Source of the DNA: Bdellovibrionota bacterium
Lineage (GTDB): Bacteria > Bdellovibrionota_C > UBA2361 > JBGSMV01
DNA: 64,000 nucleotides
NCBI GenBank assembly: GCA_041739995.1
Contig: JBGSMV010000047.1
Location: 192,001 to 256,000, forward strand
Direction: 5' to 3'
The first letter of the stretch is position 1. Each line of letters starts with the position of its first letter. A program made the position numbers and the translations under genes. The notes below the pieces were generated by a model, which saw only the letters and a list, made by a program, of their open reading frames with translations, made no database searches and was not told the origin of the DNA. Shown here in pieces: positions 1 to 10,234 of this stretch.

Positions 1-1071
1 TTGCCAGAAAAGTGGCATGGACTTTCTGATGTAGAGACACGCTACCGTCATCGCTACGTTGACCTTATCTCTAACTTAGAAGTGAGAGACCTGTTTAGGA
101 AAAGAACACGAATTATTAAGTTCATCCGCGACTTTCTAGATAGCCGCCAGTTTCTTGAAGTCGAGACTCCAGTGCTGGAGTACACTCAAGGTGGCACCAC
201 GGCAAAACCGTTTCGCACATTCTTTAATGCGCTTAGTACCGACATGGTACTTCGCATCGCGCTGGAACTTCCGCTGAAGAAACTCATCGTCGGCGGCCTT
301 GAGCGCGTGTATGCGCTCGGGACCGTTTTCCGTAATGAAGGGCTCTCTAAGAAGCATAATCCAGAATTCACCTTGCTTGAGTTCTATCAGGCTTACGCCA
401 CTTACGAAGACCTGATGAATTTCACCGAAGAGCTCTTAGTGCAGCTTGCACAGGACACTTTAGGGACCCTGCAAATTCCTTACGGTGAGCACCAGGTAGA
501 CTTTACGCCGCCGTATCGTCGCATCTCCATGACTGAGTCCTTGCATGAGATTGGCGGCATTCCGCAGGACGTTGACGTTACTTCGCTTGAAGTATTGCTC
601 GGCATTTGTGCGCGGCACCACATCGAGCCGAGGGACAAGACAGATTGGGGACACACACTCGAAGACGTTTGGGGTGAGCTGGTTGAACCAAAACTCATTA
701 ATCCTACATTCGTGATGCATCATCCGTTCTCTACTTCGCCGCTCGCACGCAAGAACGACAAGAACCCCAAAGTGGTCGATCGCTTTGAGCTAATTATTGC
801 GGGCATGGAAATGGCGAATGCGTTTTCAGAGTTGAACGATCCAGTTGACCAGCGCGAACGTATGGAGGCTCAAGCAGCTCGAAAGGAGAAGGGCGACGAA
901 GAAGCCTGCGACGTAGACGAAGATTTCTTAAAGGCGATTGAGTACGGCATGCCGCCGACCGCAGGGCAGGGGATTGGTATTGACCGATTGGTCATGTTGC
1001 TCACGAATTCAAAGACGCTTCGAGAAGTGATTCTGTTTCCGCACCTTAAGGTAGAGGTTGCGGGGGAGTAG
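1..1071 (+). CDS. lysS: Lysyl-tRNA synthetase class II (5' truncated by window)
   Basis: EKWHGLSDVETRYRHRYVDL, FRNEG, HNPEFTLLEFY, YGMPPTAGQGIGIDRLVM motifs. Confidence 0.97.
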   Translation: MPEKWHGLSDVETRYRHRYVDLISNLEVRDLFRKRTRIIKFIRDFLDSRQFLEVETPVLEYTQGGTTAKPFRTFFNALSTDMVLRIALELPLKKLIVGGLERVYALGTVFRNEGLSKKHNPEFTLLEFYQAYATYEDLMNFTEELLVQLAQDTLGTLQIPYGEHQVDFTPPYRRISMTESLHEIGGIPQDVDVTSLEVLLGICARHHIEPRDKTDWGHTLEDVWGELVEPKLINPTFVMHHPFSTSPLARKNDKNPKVVDRFELIIAGMEMANAFSELNDPVDQRERMEAQAARKEKGDEEACDVDEDFLKAIEYGMPPTAGQGIGIDRLVMLLTNSKTLREVILFPHLKVEVAGE

Positions 1072-1078
1072 TCCCCCG
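1061..1078 (+). terminator. GC-rich hairpin overlapping lysS stop codon
   Basis: CGGGGGA-GTAG-TCCCCCG; no U-tract, so terminator function is uncertain. Confidence 0.35.
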
Positions 1079-1183
1079 ATCGTCAACCGACATCACTTTG
1101 ATACCGGCCAGAATTACCCTGATTCATGCGGTATATGATGAAGGTGTAAGGTATGTAGTGTTCAGTACTGCCGGTTCTGATCT

Positions 1184-1858
1184 CTATTTACAGTGACTAG
1201 TGATTGCGTCGAATAGCGCTTGGGCCTCTGAACCCTCAAGACGCATTACCTTACTGTAGTCTCCACGACTAACCGCGAGTTCTACTGTTGGCTCTTCGCC
1301 GGCTAGTTTCTGAGCAAAGACAGATACGCCATCAAGACGCCCGACGAAACCAGCTTCGCAATTGATCATGTTGTTGCCGCCCGCGCGCGCGCAGAACGAT
1401 CGACGTACTCCCCCAAAGTTAAACTCTCCGCCCATATATTCAGAGCGCGGGCCTTTCTCCCATTGCTCGGGAACACTTCCAGAGACCAGCGCGTGAATTT
1501 CTTTGTTCCTCGCGGTGAGAGTCGCGCCCGTATCAGAAACGATTGCTGAGGCTATTTTATCAAATAGCGGATGTTTGGAGTTCCAGTGATGCTGTCCCAT
1601 CGCTGAACTAAGCTCGTCAGGCCGCTGGCCATCTCTATAGGAATAATCGGTTGCGACGAGCCGGGCTTCTTTTCCATCCACTCGAGCAGCAAGTGTGGTA
1701 GCTCGGTAGTCTACATCACCACTTGATGGACTGGATCTTAGGACTGTCCAATCACGTGCGGGGATGGCGAGAATCTGTGCGTCCGAAAGGGTGCTCGCTG
1801 CTGGATCTCGTGGAGTCGCCGTTGCTGCTGCAGTTGAGGTTGGCATAGAGGTATCCAC
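1184..1858 (-). CDS. Hypothetical protein
   Basis: 224-aa ORF filling the gap; no recognisable motif; start uncertain. Confidence 0.55.
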   Translation of the reverse strand: MDTSMPTSTAAATATPRDPAASTLSDAQILAIPARDWTVLRSSPSSGDVDYRATTLAARVDGKEARLVATDYSYRDGQRPDELSSAMGQHHWNSKHPLFDKIASAIVSDTGATLTARNKEIHALVSGSVPEQWEKGPRSEYMGGEFNFGGVRRSFCARAGGNNMINCEAGFVGRLDGVSVFAQKLAGEEPTVELAVSRGDYSKVMRLEGSEAQALFDAITSHCK

Positions 1859-2109
1859 GATGGGAACGGGTTTGGCCCGATTGGCATAGTCTTGAATGGT
1901 TATCGCGAGCCGGACTTAGAAAGTAACTTAGGAACCAGCTCGGACAGTGAGGCGACTTACGCGACTTAATCAGCTGTTAATTCAATAGGTTGAGAGCCCG
2001 ACAGGCGCACTCGCGCTCGATCCAAACGAACGAGACACGCGCTGACAGGCGGCCTGAACATCCCAAAGAGCATTCTTAGGGATCGACATGGTGGTAACTT
2101 CGTTCGGCG

Positions 2110-4149
2110 ATGAATCCTCACATAGACGCCACACAATCAAACCGCTCGACCGAGACACTACCGGGCCTTCCTGCCGCTGTGAAAAATGAAGCAGGCAGAA
2201 ATCCCCTCGTAAAACTCTCTTTGTCACAGGCGGCTGAGATGCTGTTGAACGATTCAAGTCGCAAGGCCATTCAAGCCTCGCCTGAAGCGCTAAGTCAGTT
2301 TGTATCTGCGATCACTGATCCGGTATGCACGGTAGTCGAGGTGACTTCAAAAATCCGTGCATTTAGCAAGGCAGGTAAGGCGCGCGTCCTGTGTGAGGCT
2401 CGGCTACCCACACTGGTTCAGGCTTATTCTCCTCGAAACGGGGACCCGATCGCCCATTTTGTGCTTGCACTCACGGATGAGAGCGTCTCCGAGTTGCGCA
2501 TGTCGGAACAAGATATAATGAAGAGGATCTCCTCTTTGGTGCGTTCGGGATCCAAGGAAATTGACGAACTGGAAAAGCTTGAGTGCCCGGCGTTCGAAAC
2601 GCTCGAAGAGTCATCGATCGAGGAGGCGGAATTACTTAAAGATTTAGATCTCACAGTTGGTGCAGCTTTAGAAGGATCTTCTGGCGCGAGTATCAGCGAA
2701 GTACCGATCTCTGAGCGAAGCTTGGAGGTCCGCGAATTAGAAAGGCAACTCCGGCTTGAGGAATACAATGCGGAGACCCTAAGAGTGCTCTTTGGCGACA
2801 TGGAGCCCCAAGATCAATTAATGACGGAGCTCTATTTTCTACATGGATTTAACAGTGAAGACATTGCTGTGGTGATTGATAAATCAACGACAGAAACGGA
2901 AAAGATGCTAAAAAATGCACGAGAGTGGTTTATTCCGCGGCACCAGGATGAGCAGCTCTCGAGTCCAGGCAATCAAGTGCGGCGCACCATTGATCGGGAG
3001 GACTTGAACATCACTGAATCGCAGGGAGTAGCGCTTCTGCGTAGCCTTCTGAACGAATACCCAAATCTTCGATACACCGTGGAGCTGTTGGATTTGGTGG
3101 TAGACTCGTTTCAGTTCTTCGGCGATCTTCGGAATACAAAGGATCCGCAGCTCAGCGACTTTCTGAAAGGCATACTCACTGACACAGGCTTGCCTATTCG
3201 CAGCGGGTCATCTGCACTATGCGGAGTGATTGAGAGAGAGTTGCATCGACGCTACCCAACTGCAGAGAGCGTTTGTTACGATCCAGAATTTTCCTGGATT
3301 CTGGGAGCTAACCGCCACAAAACGGAGAGTGGACAACCGGCTGATAGTGATGGGCATTTTCTAAAATGTTGCATCGAGCAAAAATTTTACTCACCCAAGG
3401 CATCACACGACGCCCCGCTAACCGTTCCTCGAAATGGAGCGGAGGGAACGCGATTCGTCCGCAATCCACTCACACGCTCTGACGTAGTGCCAGAGATCTG
3501 GGCCATGCGTAACGCCCGCTTCATGTTGCAAAGAGACACTCCTCATCTCGATGCGATTAAGGGACATGTCGCAGTATTTCGACTTGCAAAGCCTATGCTT
3601 GGACTTCCGCACGACGCGACGGTTCGGGAAGTACAAGCGGCCTTTGTTGCGCATGATATTTGTAGTGGCCTTCTCCCCGATGACTATGAGCCGAAGTCAT
3701 CGGCGAGCGCTTACTTCGTGGAGCAGGTAGTAAAGGAGAAGCTTCAAGAAAACCGAGAGCGTATGATTAATCGACGATGGGCGAACATTGACGACCCAGA
3801 CGGCGGCGACGCATTCATGGCCCGTGTGCTTGGAGTGCCAGCGACGGTCGATTCTCTTGCATCTGAGGCTGCAAAGGTCTTTGGGTTAGAGATTCCGACC
3901 GGACACTCATTCAAGTATCACCTACGAACCGACTCGCGCTATTTTGATGCGGCTTTGACAGGGGAGGAATTAGCGGAAGCTAATCTTCAGAAAGCATTGC
4001 AGGATACTTTCACTGACCTTTCAAAATTTACTTTTAAGGCAGTGAAGCGGGATGTTGGATTGCTTCGCATGGCGCGTCTTCTTGGAGCCAAAAGCGTGTC
4101 GTTCGGAGAGATGCGACAGAAGGTGATAGAGGAGGGCTACCTTGACTAG
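2110..4149 (+). CDS. Hypothetical protein with internal sigma-70 region-4-like HTH segment
   Basis: 679-aa ORF; segment LFGDMEPQDQLMTELYFLHGFNSEDIAVVIDKSTTETEKMLKNAREW resembles sigma region 4. Confidence 0.65.
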   Translation: MNPHIDATQSNRSTETLPGLPAAVKNEAGRNPLVKLSLSQAAEMLLNDSSRKAIQASPEALSQFVSAITDPVCTVVEVTSKIRAFSKAGKARVLCEARLPTLVQAYSPRNGDPIAHFVLALTDESVSELRMSEQDIMKRISSLVRSGSKEIDELEKLECPAFETLEESSIEEAELLKDLDLTVGAALEGSSGASISEVPISERSLEVRELERQLRLEEYNAETLRVLFGDMEPQDQLMTELYFLHGFNSEDIAVVIDKSTTETEKMLKNAREWFIPRHQDEQLSSPGNQVRRTIDREDLNITESQGVALLRSLLNEYPNLRYTVELLDLVVDSFQFFGDLRNTKDPQLSDFLKGILTDTGLPIRSGSSALCGVIERELHRRYPTAESVCYDPEFSWILGANRHKTESGQPADSDGHFLKCCIEQKFYSPKASHDAPLTVPRNGAEGTRFVRNPLTRSDVVPEIWAMRNARFMLQRDTPHLDAIKGHVAVFRLAKPMLGLPHDATVREVQAAFVAHDICSGLLPDDYEPKSSASAYFVEQVVKEKLQENRERMINRRWANIDDPDGGDAFMARVLGVPATVDSLASEAAKVFGLEIPTGHSFKYHLRTDSRYFDAALTGEELAEANLQKALQDTFTDLSKFTFKAVKRDVGLLRMARLLGAKSVSFGEMRQKVIEEGYLD

Positions 4150-4258
4150 AGCGAGGGTGAACCAGGAGTTTAAAAATTTGATTAGTGAGGACCTTGCCTT
4201 TTTTGAGCTGGATAGGCTTCACTCAGCAGAAATCTAGCTTTCTTTGTTCCTGGTCTTA

Positions 4259-6292
4259 ATGAATACCGGTTTCTCAAATAATGCCCGCTTAGGATTTACA
4301 CTTGAAGCCACAGACGCATGGTCTAAGGCGCGCGCCGCCACGTTTTCAACCTCACATGGTAGAGTTGCGACTCCAATCTTCATGCCCGTGGCAACACGCG
4401 CTGCTCTACGAGGCATTGATACGGCGCTGGTAGAAGACATGGGATACCAAGTCCTTCTGTCGAACACCTTTCATTTGCTGCTCCGTCCCGGGCCAGACCT
4501 CTTTAGGCAAGTAGGTGGAATTCATAGTTTCATGCGTTGGCCACGAGCTATTCTGACTGACTCAGGAGGATTTCAAATCTTTTCGCTCTCCAAGCAGCTC
4601 ACCTTAAGTGAAGAAGGAGCGCGCTTTCGTAGTTATGTTGATGGCGTGCAGATTTTACTTACTCCCGAAGTGAGTATTGCGACTCAACAGGCCATTGGAA
4701 GCGACATCATGATGGTGCTCGACCATTGCATCGACGCAACTTCGGACGAAGCGACTTCAAGAAAGGCCCTTGAGTTGACGACGCGCTGGGCTAAGCGAAG
4801 TCTCGCTGCGCGTGGCTCAAGTGCTCAAGCGCTATTTGGCATTGTGCAAGGCGCTTGTTTTCCTCACCTTCGGCGTGAAAGTGCTCAGCAGATTTGCGAT
4901 ATTCCATTTGACGGCTATGCCATTGGAGGACTCGCAGTCGGGGAGACGAGAGCCGAGCGGGAAGACATGGTGGAGCATACCGCGCCGTTGTTGCCGACTG
5001 ATAAACCGCGCTACTTGATGGGAGTCGGTACCCCCATTGATTTGCTGGAGGCAGTGAAGCGCGGAGTCGACATGTTTGACTGCATCATACCGACTGCCTT
5101 TGCTCAGCAAGGAGTGTGTTTCACTTCAATGGGGAAAGTGGACTTAAGGCGCGGCATTTTCAAGAGCAGTGAGCGAAAATTAGATGAGGCTTGTCAGTGC
5201 TCAACCTGTGAACGCTTTAGCAGAGCATACCTCCATCACTTAATACGCTCAGGGGAGTTCTTGGTACACCAACTCTGCGCGGTTCATAACTTAAGCTTCT
5301 ACAAGAGCTTCATGGCCAATATGCGCCAGAGCATTCTCGCCGGGGCGTTTCGGGAATTCTATTTCGCGCACAAAGACCGAATTGTTGTAGGAGAAGAGGA
5401 ATTTCCGGCGGCGCGTCCAAAGATTCGTAAACGGGCAGCTTCGAACCTACTCGGCGACTACGAGATCGTATCGCATCCATCTGGCTATGGAAGTATTAAG
5501 CAGATCTCATCTGGGGAAGTGATGCATTCGGTGGTGAACCCTGGAGAGGAAGCTCGAGCTCTCTATATTGCGCAGTCGCAATTGCTTGAAAGCGCGCAAG
5601 CTCCCGGGGAAGAACTCGTCATCTGGGATGTGGGCCTTGGCGCTGCCACTAATGCGATGACACTAATTCTTGAACTTGAGCGAGTCGCTGAGGTTAAACG
5701 AAAAATAGTACTAGTCAGCTTCGAGCGAGATACCGATCCTTTGAGCTTGGCGCTCAAGCAGCCGGCACTGTTTGAACATGTTCGACACGCCGCCCCGCAC
5801 GCAATACTAAATCATGGCGCATGGCAGCACCCAACCAAACCGATATTTTGGACTCTTTTGAAGGGAGATTTTCGAGGGACAATGTCGCAAGCCCTTGCCC
5901 CCGAGGTGGTGTGGTACGATCCCTTTTCTTATAAGGTCGATTCTGAGTTGTGGGCCATTGAAGTGTTCAAGCAAGTGCTGCGGGCATCCGACAGGAAGAC
6001 CACCCGCATGTTCACTTACTCGGCTTCAACTGCGGCACGCGCGACGATGCTTGCAGCCGGATGGTATGTAGGTGCAGGAATCGCTACAGGTCCAAAACAA
6101 GAGACCACCATCGCTTATAATGAGAACGCTCGCGAGCAGTGGCAGCCTGCGAGTTTACTCGGGGCGAAGTGGTTAGAGCGCTGGGAGAGAAGCGACGCCA
6201 AGCAGCCCTTCGGGAATGCTGACGTATCCCTGCTTGAAGCGATTCGAACGCATCCTCAGTTTGCTGGCGCCGAGGGCGACTTTGGTTTTTGA
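4259..6292 (+). CDS. tgt: tRNA-guanine transglycosylase fused to C-terminal MnmC-type (MnmD) SAM methyltransferase domain
   Basis: TPIFMPVAT, DSGGFQ, GIVQG, GGLAVGE, YLMGVG, DMFDC, Zn CQCSTC; C-terminal GEVMHS, IWDVGLGAATN, VSFERD, WYDPFS; ATG at 4259 in frame. Confidence 0.92.
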   Translation: MNTGFSNNARLGFTLEATDAWSKARAATFSTSHGRVATPIFMPVATRAALRGIDTALVEDMGYQVLLSNTFHLLLRPGPDLFRQVGGIHSFMRWPRAILTDSGGFQIFSLSKQLTLSEEGARFRSYVDGVQILLTPEVSIATQQAIGSDIMMVLDHCIDATSDEATSRKALELTTRWAKRSLAARGSSAQALFGIVQGACFPHLRRESAQQICDIPFDGYAIGGLAVGETRAEREDMVEHTAPLLPTDKPRYLMGVGTPIDLLEAVKRGVDMFDCIIPTAFAQQGVCFTSMGKVDLRRGIFKSSERKLDEACQCSTCERFSRAYLHHLIRSGEFLVHQLCAVHNLSFYKSFMANMRQSILAGAFREFYFAHKDRIVVGEEEFPAARPKIRKRAASNLLGDYEIVSHPSGYGSIKQISSGEVMHSVVNPGEEARALYIAQSQLLESAQAPGEELVIWDVGLGAATNAMTLILELERVAEVKRKIVLVSFERDTDPLSLALKQPALFEHVRHAAPHAILNHGAWQHPTKPIFWTLLKGDFRGTMSQALAPEVVWYDPFSYKVDSELWAIEVFKQVLRASDRKTTRMFTYSASTAARATMLAAGWYVGAGIATGPKQETTIAYNENAREQWQPASLLGAKWLERWERSDAKQPFGNADVSLLEAIRTHPQFAGAEGDFGF

Positions 6293-6389
6293 TTTACTCA
6301 CTGATTAACTCGAGAGTAGTCTTAAATGAACTGAAGAAGAATTCTGATTTCTGTTTGTAGCTGAAATCTGCGCTTGTGGAGGCTCCTCG

Positions 6390-7478
6390 ATGGTGATGCG
6401 TAAAATTGTTGCTGGAATAATTGCGTTCTTCTTGGTGCCAGTTGGCGCATTTGCCGAAGACGTTTCTGGAGTTTCGGTCGGAGTGGCCACTGTCCTGACG
6501 GGGGACGCTGCAATCATTGGGGACAATATTCAAAAGACTATCGAAACCTATGAGAAACGCTATCTCCGCCACCCGATTAAATTCAAATACGAGGATGCAA
6601 AGAAAAGCAGCGTTGATGGGTTAGCAGCGTATCGCCGATTGATAGAGGGCGATCGTGTCAGTCTTTTAATTGGCGGAACCACTTCAAATGGAACTCTAGC
6701 TGCAGCCCCGCTAATCAATAAGAGCAAGACGGTCCTCATTACACCGCTCACCGGTGGGTCGAATATCGATTCTGCGGGACCCTACATTTTCCGCATCGGG
6801 AACAGTGACATTCTAAACGGGTATCAGCAGGCCGACCTGTTATTAGCGCGTGGTTTTAAGCGTGTTGCCTTGGTGACCGAACAGACGGAGTACACCACTG
6901 ATATTTCCAAGTTCTTTAAAGAGCGTTTCCTTGCCGGAGGAGGTCAGCTGGTGGTGGAAGAGGAGTTCCTTCCCGACACGACAGACTTTCGTTCGTTGAT
7001 TGTGCGAATCAAGCATGCAGAGCCACAGGCGTTGTTTATGTCAACTCAGACGGGGGTGGCATTTGGAATTTTTGTCAAACAATTGCAGCAGCTCAGAGGG
7101 GAGAAAGCCCTCGAAGTTCATACCAATTTCCTTTCTGCGGACAATCCTGACGCCCAGTCGGTGGCTGAAGGCGCGCTCAAAGGCGTTCATTATATGGCTC
7201 CAGCCTATGATCAGAGTAGTGATCGGTTGAAGAAGTTTCTAGAAGAATTCAAATCCGATCATGGAGCCTTACCTGCCATCACGTTCCATACCGCGGGAAC
7301 CGTTGATGCGCTCGATATGCTTCAGCTGTATCTCGATACAGGCTCACCTTTCGATAGCGATGGGTTTCGCCAGTACTTACTCACCAACATACGAGGCTAT
7401 GCAGGCCTAATGGGTACATATTCCTTTGATAGCGAAGGAAACGCTGACATTGGGTTCTTGCCAGCAGTTATACCTTGA
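6390..7478 (+). CDS. Periplasmic binding protein, branched-chain amino acid (LivJ-like) family
   Basis: Signal peptide; LTGDAAIIG, PYIFRIG, TTDFRSLIVRIK, GLMGTYSFDSEG. Confidence 0.85.
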   Translation: MVMRKIVAGIIAFFLVPVGAFAEDVSGVSVGVATVLTGDAAIIGDNIQKTIETYEKRYLRHPIKFKYEDAKKSSVDGLAAYRRLIEGDRVSLLIGGTTSNGTLAAAPLINKSKTVLITPLTGGSNIDSAGPYIFRIGNSDILNGYQQADLLLARGFKRVALVTEQTEYTTDISKFFKERFLAGGGQLVVEEEFLPDTTDFRSLIVRIKHAEPQALFMSTQTGVAFGIFVKQLQQLRGEKALEVHTNFLSADNPDAQSVAEGALKGVHYMAPAYDQSSDRLKKFLEEFKSDHGALPAITFHTAGTVDALDMLQLYLDTGSPFDSDGFRQYLLTNIRGYAGLMGTYSFDSEGNADIGFLPAVIP

Positions 7479-7505
7479 CCAAATCCAGGGGAGCGAGACT
7501 AGGAA

Positions 7506-7961
7506 ATGAGTGAGCTTGATGTGCGCTTTCAATGTGCCCGCATATCAGAACTAAGCGCATCTGATATGCACTCGATTCTGTCCGCTCGATCAGAGGTATT
7601 TGTTGTTGAACAGAACTGTGTCTATCAGGACCCAGACCAATATGACCGAATTTCGTGGCACCTATTAGCCTGGGTAGGAGATGAGTTGGGAGCCTATTTA
7701 CGTATCGTAGATCCCGGGTGCAAGTATGCTGAGCCATCCATTGGCAGAGTTATAACGAGAGCCGCCCTTCGTGGAACTGGTCTTGGGCGAACTCTCATGG
7801 CCGAAGGCTTACGCCAGGCTGATCGGCTATTCGCAGGAAAAGGCCTTCGAATAAGTGCCCAGGAATACTTAGTGCGATTCTATGAAAGTTTTGGATTTGT
7901 GCCCGAATCTGAGGTGTATTTAGAGGATGATATCCCGCACGTGGAGATGTTTCGGGCGTGA
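7506..7961 (+). CDS. elaA: GNAT acetyltransferase, ElaA family
   Basis: RSEVFVVEQNCVYQDPD, SIGRVIT, RGTGLG, ISAQEYL, YLEDDIPHVEM. Confidence 0.9.
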   Translation: MSELDVRFQCARISELSASDMHSILSARSEVFVVEQNCVYQDPDQYDRISWHLLAWVGDELGAYLRIVDPGCKYAEPSIGRVITRAALRGTGLGRTLMAEGLRQADRLFAGKGLRISAQEYLVRFYESFGFVPESEVYLEDDIPHVEMFRA

Positions 7962-8014
7962 GAGGCAGCGACATCCGGGGGCTAGTAAGTTTTGACATCG
8001 AGAGAGCGCTTAAT

Positions 8015-8284
8015 ATGGATGAAGATCTTCTTACCATGTCTAAGGAAGAGTTAGTTGCCGAGCTGCAGAAGCTTAGGGCCGCCATTCGCGAGCATCGCGA
8101 TAGCACTGGACACAATCTGTGTTGGTATCATCCTGAGCTCTATGCGCTCCTTCCAGAGCCCCCAGCCCAGAAGCCAACCGTTCCTGAGTGGCCCGAGTTC
8201 ATGAAAGGGTGTGTCCTCTACCGGCAATCGCTCGATGAGGAAGCGCCACATCTTTGTAGGACTCGAGAGCAACCTCCCGAGTAG
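8015..8284 (+). CDS. Small hypothetical protein
   Basis: In-frame ATG at 8015 (MDEDLLTMSKEEL...HRDSTGHNLCWYHPEL...); co-directional with neighbours. Confidence 0.7.
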   Translation: MDEDLLTMSKEELVAELQKLRAAIREHRDSTGHNLCWYHPELYALLPEPPAQKPTVPEWPEFMKGCVLYRQSLDEEAPHLCRTREQPPE

Positions 8285-8292
8285 GGTGATGT

Positions 8293-8712
8293 GTGTATAA
8301 AAAATACCGTGAAATCACGTTAGCGCAGACGTTTCTCGAGTTAGACAGAAATGGCGTGCCTGCACCAAGGCGTCTTAAGGTTTGCGTCGCACTGCTTCTT
8401 TTTCAGATGGCTCGTGCAGATGGCGCGATGAGTCGTGCCGAGTTTCAAGAAATCATTAGAGGACTGAACAGCGAGTTTCATGAAGTGGGTCAGGCCTCTG
8501 TGAAGTATCTAGATGCCGCGGCGTTGTTGGCAACGGAGGAGGCCCACTTTGATCAGTTTATTGGCGACCTAAATCGCGCCTTTGATAGCGAGCAACGTGA
8601 GCACCTATTCGACATGCTCATTAAAGTGGCACAAGCGGATGGCACAATTCGTGAGAGCGAAAAGTTCCTGGCGTTGCGTTTGCGCGAGAAGCTCAATTTG
8701 CCGTTGCGCTGA
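8293..8712 (+). CDS. TerB-family protein
   Basis: Twin motifs MARADGAMSRAE and VAQADGTIRESE. Confidence 0.85.
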   Translation: MYKKYREITLAQTFLELDRNGVPAPRRLKVCVALLLFQMARADGAMSRAEFQEIIRGLNSEFHEVGQASVKYLDAAALLATEEAHFDQFIGDLNRAFDSEQREHLFDMLIKVAQADGTIRESEKFLALRLREKLNLPLR

Positions 8713-9082
8713 GCTGATTGTCTTTTCAGTTTCCATTTCACCACTGATGGCTCAGAGGATCAAAGCGGGAGGAAATTTCTTCTACCTTCTGAGTCCACCG
8801 TGACCCCTGTGTTTAAAATATCTTCAGGTACCACCACGGCAGCTAAGAAATTACGCTAGGATCTTCTGAGAGTTGTGCTCCATTTCAACTTCACCCCCAC
8901 AGCAGCAATCGCAGTAAATTTGGCTCGTTTTGCCGTTCCATAAGCCTCGTACCTTTGGTGCTCTTGTTTCAATTATTAGACTAATGTTAGCTTTCGCTCT
9001 CTCATAAGTGCCTGATTGGGCATCAATATTTGGTAGATTGTGATTCTGCGCACCTTGCCGAGAGTGAGAAACTGTCGGCGAG

Positions 9083-9913
9083 GTGCGGATGATGGAACAA
9101 GGTTTTAAGAAGCCATGTGGCTTCTCCTTTTTGTTCAGTTCGTCGCCCGCTTCAAAATCCAGATCGGAGTGCAACATGGACGCAGCAAAGAGTGTTGGGG
9201 TTCTTCCAAAGGGGACGCGAAGGACTGACAAGGCGAGTGTCGCCGTTCAGGTCTCGGTGAGACCAGGGTTCGCCCACCCGATGATCGGGGCAGGTGGATT
9301 TGAGGATCATTGTGTGCTTCTCAGTCCGAACAGAAGCCTGTCATCTCGGAGCAAGGTCAACGGTGAGATCCGTCCCCACGGTGTTTCGCGAATAATGAGG
9401 GCTAAGCCGAAGCCGGAACTGTTCGTGCGACGAGCTCCCAGCGGAGTGGAGCTCAGCCTTCTCAATGCAATCGTGATGGTGAGCAGAGGGGACGTGAGAA
9501 TCTCCTCAAGCAGCAGCGATACAGCGAAGGACATCTCTGCCGAGGTGGTGCGAGAGTGGTATCGCGTGGCCTTTCAGATTGCCACTACCGGAGAGAAAGA
9601 TTCTGCTCTGCGGCGAATGGAGCAGTTGGCGGGACCGCACGGATGTGGATGGAGGCTCTTTAGGCCCGAGAAGCCGAGAAGTCTCTTTCGGGGAGCTCGG
9701 ACAGAGCTTCAGTGGTTTTCGCTCGACCCCAGAGTTAGCATCCGACTGCTGCGAGCCGTGATCGCTCTCGCAGGGCATGTGCCGACGCCGCTTACGATTC
9801 GAACCAGGTTAGGCAAAGACCGACGCCTGGCCCTCCCTCGGATTACGGGAGCGCAGGCCGACCAAGTCGAAGAACTGATCGGTGCTCGTCTGTGTGGTGT
9901 CGAAGGATTCTGA
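9083..9913 (+). CDS. Hypothetical protein (start uncertain)
   Basis: Longest ORF in an otherwise empty 1.5 kb interval; no motif. Confidence 0.4.
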   Translation: MRMMEQGFKKPCGFSFLFSSSPASKSRSECNMDAAKSVGVLPKGTRRTDKASVAVQVSVRPGFAHPMIGAGGFEDHCVLLSPNRSLSSRSKVNGEIRPHGVSRIMRAKPKPELFVRRAPSGVELSLLNAIVMVSRGDVRISSSSSDTAKDISAEVVREWYRVAFQIATTGEKDSALRRMEQLAGPHGCGWRLFRPEKPRSLFRGARTELQWFSLDPRVSIRLLRAVIALAGHVPTPLTIRTRLGKDRRLALPRITGAQADQVEELIGARLCGVEGF

Positions 9914-10234
9914 TCGAAGTGCATGCCAGCGAACGCGCAACGGGGGTTTCGTCTCAAAAGGTGCATATGAATTCCATCATGCCGCCCCCGCGTGTATCGC
10001 ACTGCGCAGCATTCATCGGCTGAGGTCGTCGCTTTGCTTCACCGGCACTTCTCTCACGACGTGCTCAAGGAAGGAGAATCTCGATGCTCCATATTCAACG
10101 ACGAGACGATCCCCTTAAAGCGCTCTCTCGGTTTGAGGAGCTGGCGCCACGTCTTACTCTACAAAGGCCTTTGACCTCAGTGTTTTTGCAGAAACAATTC
10201 TAGAATTCGGTGCACGTCGGCGCGACAGCCTTGA

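Noticed and set aside
4150..4258. preQ1 riboswitch upstream of tgt
   Set aside because: Some pairing (ACCAGGA/TCCTGGT) but no preQ1-I loop or A-rich tail consensus
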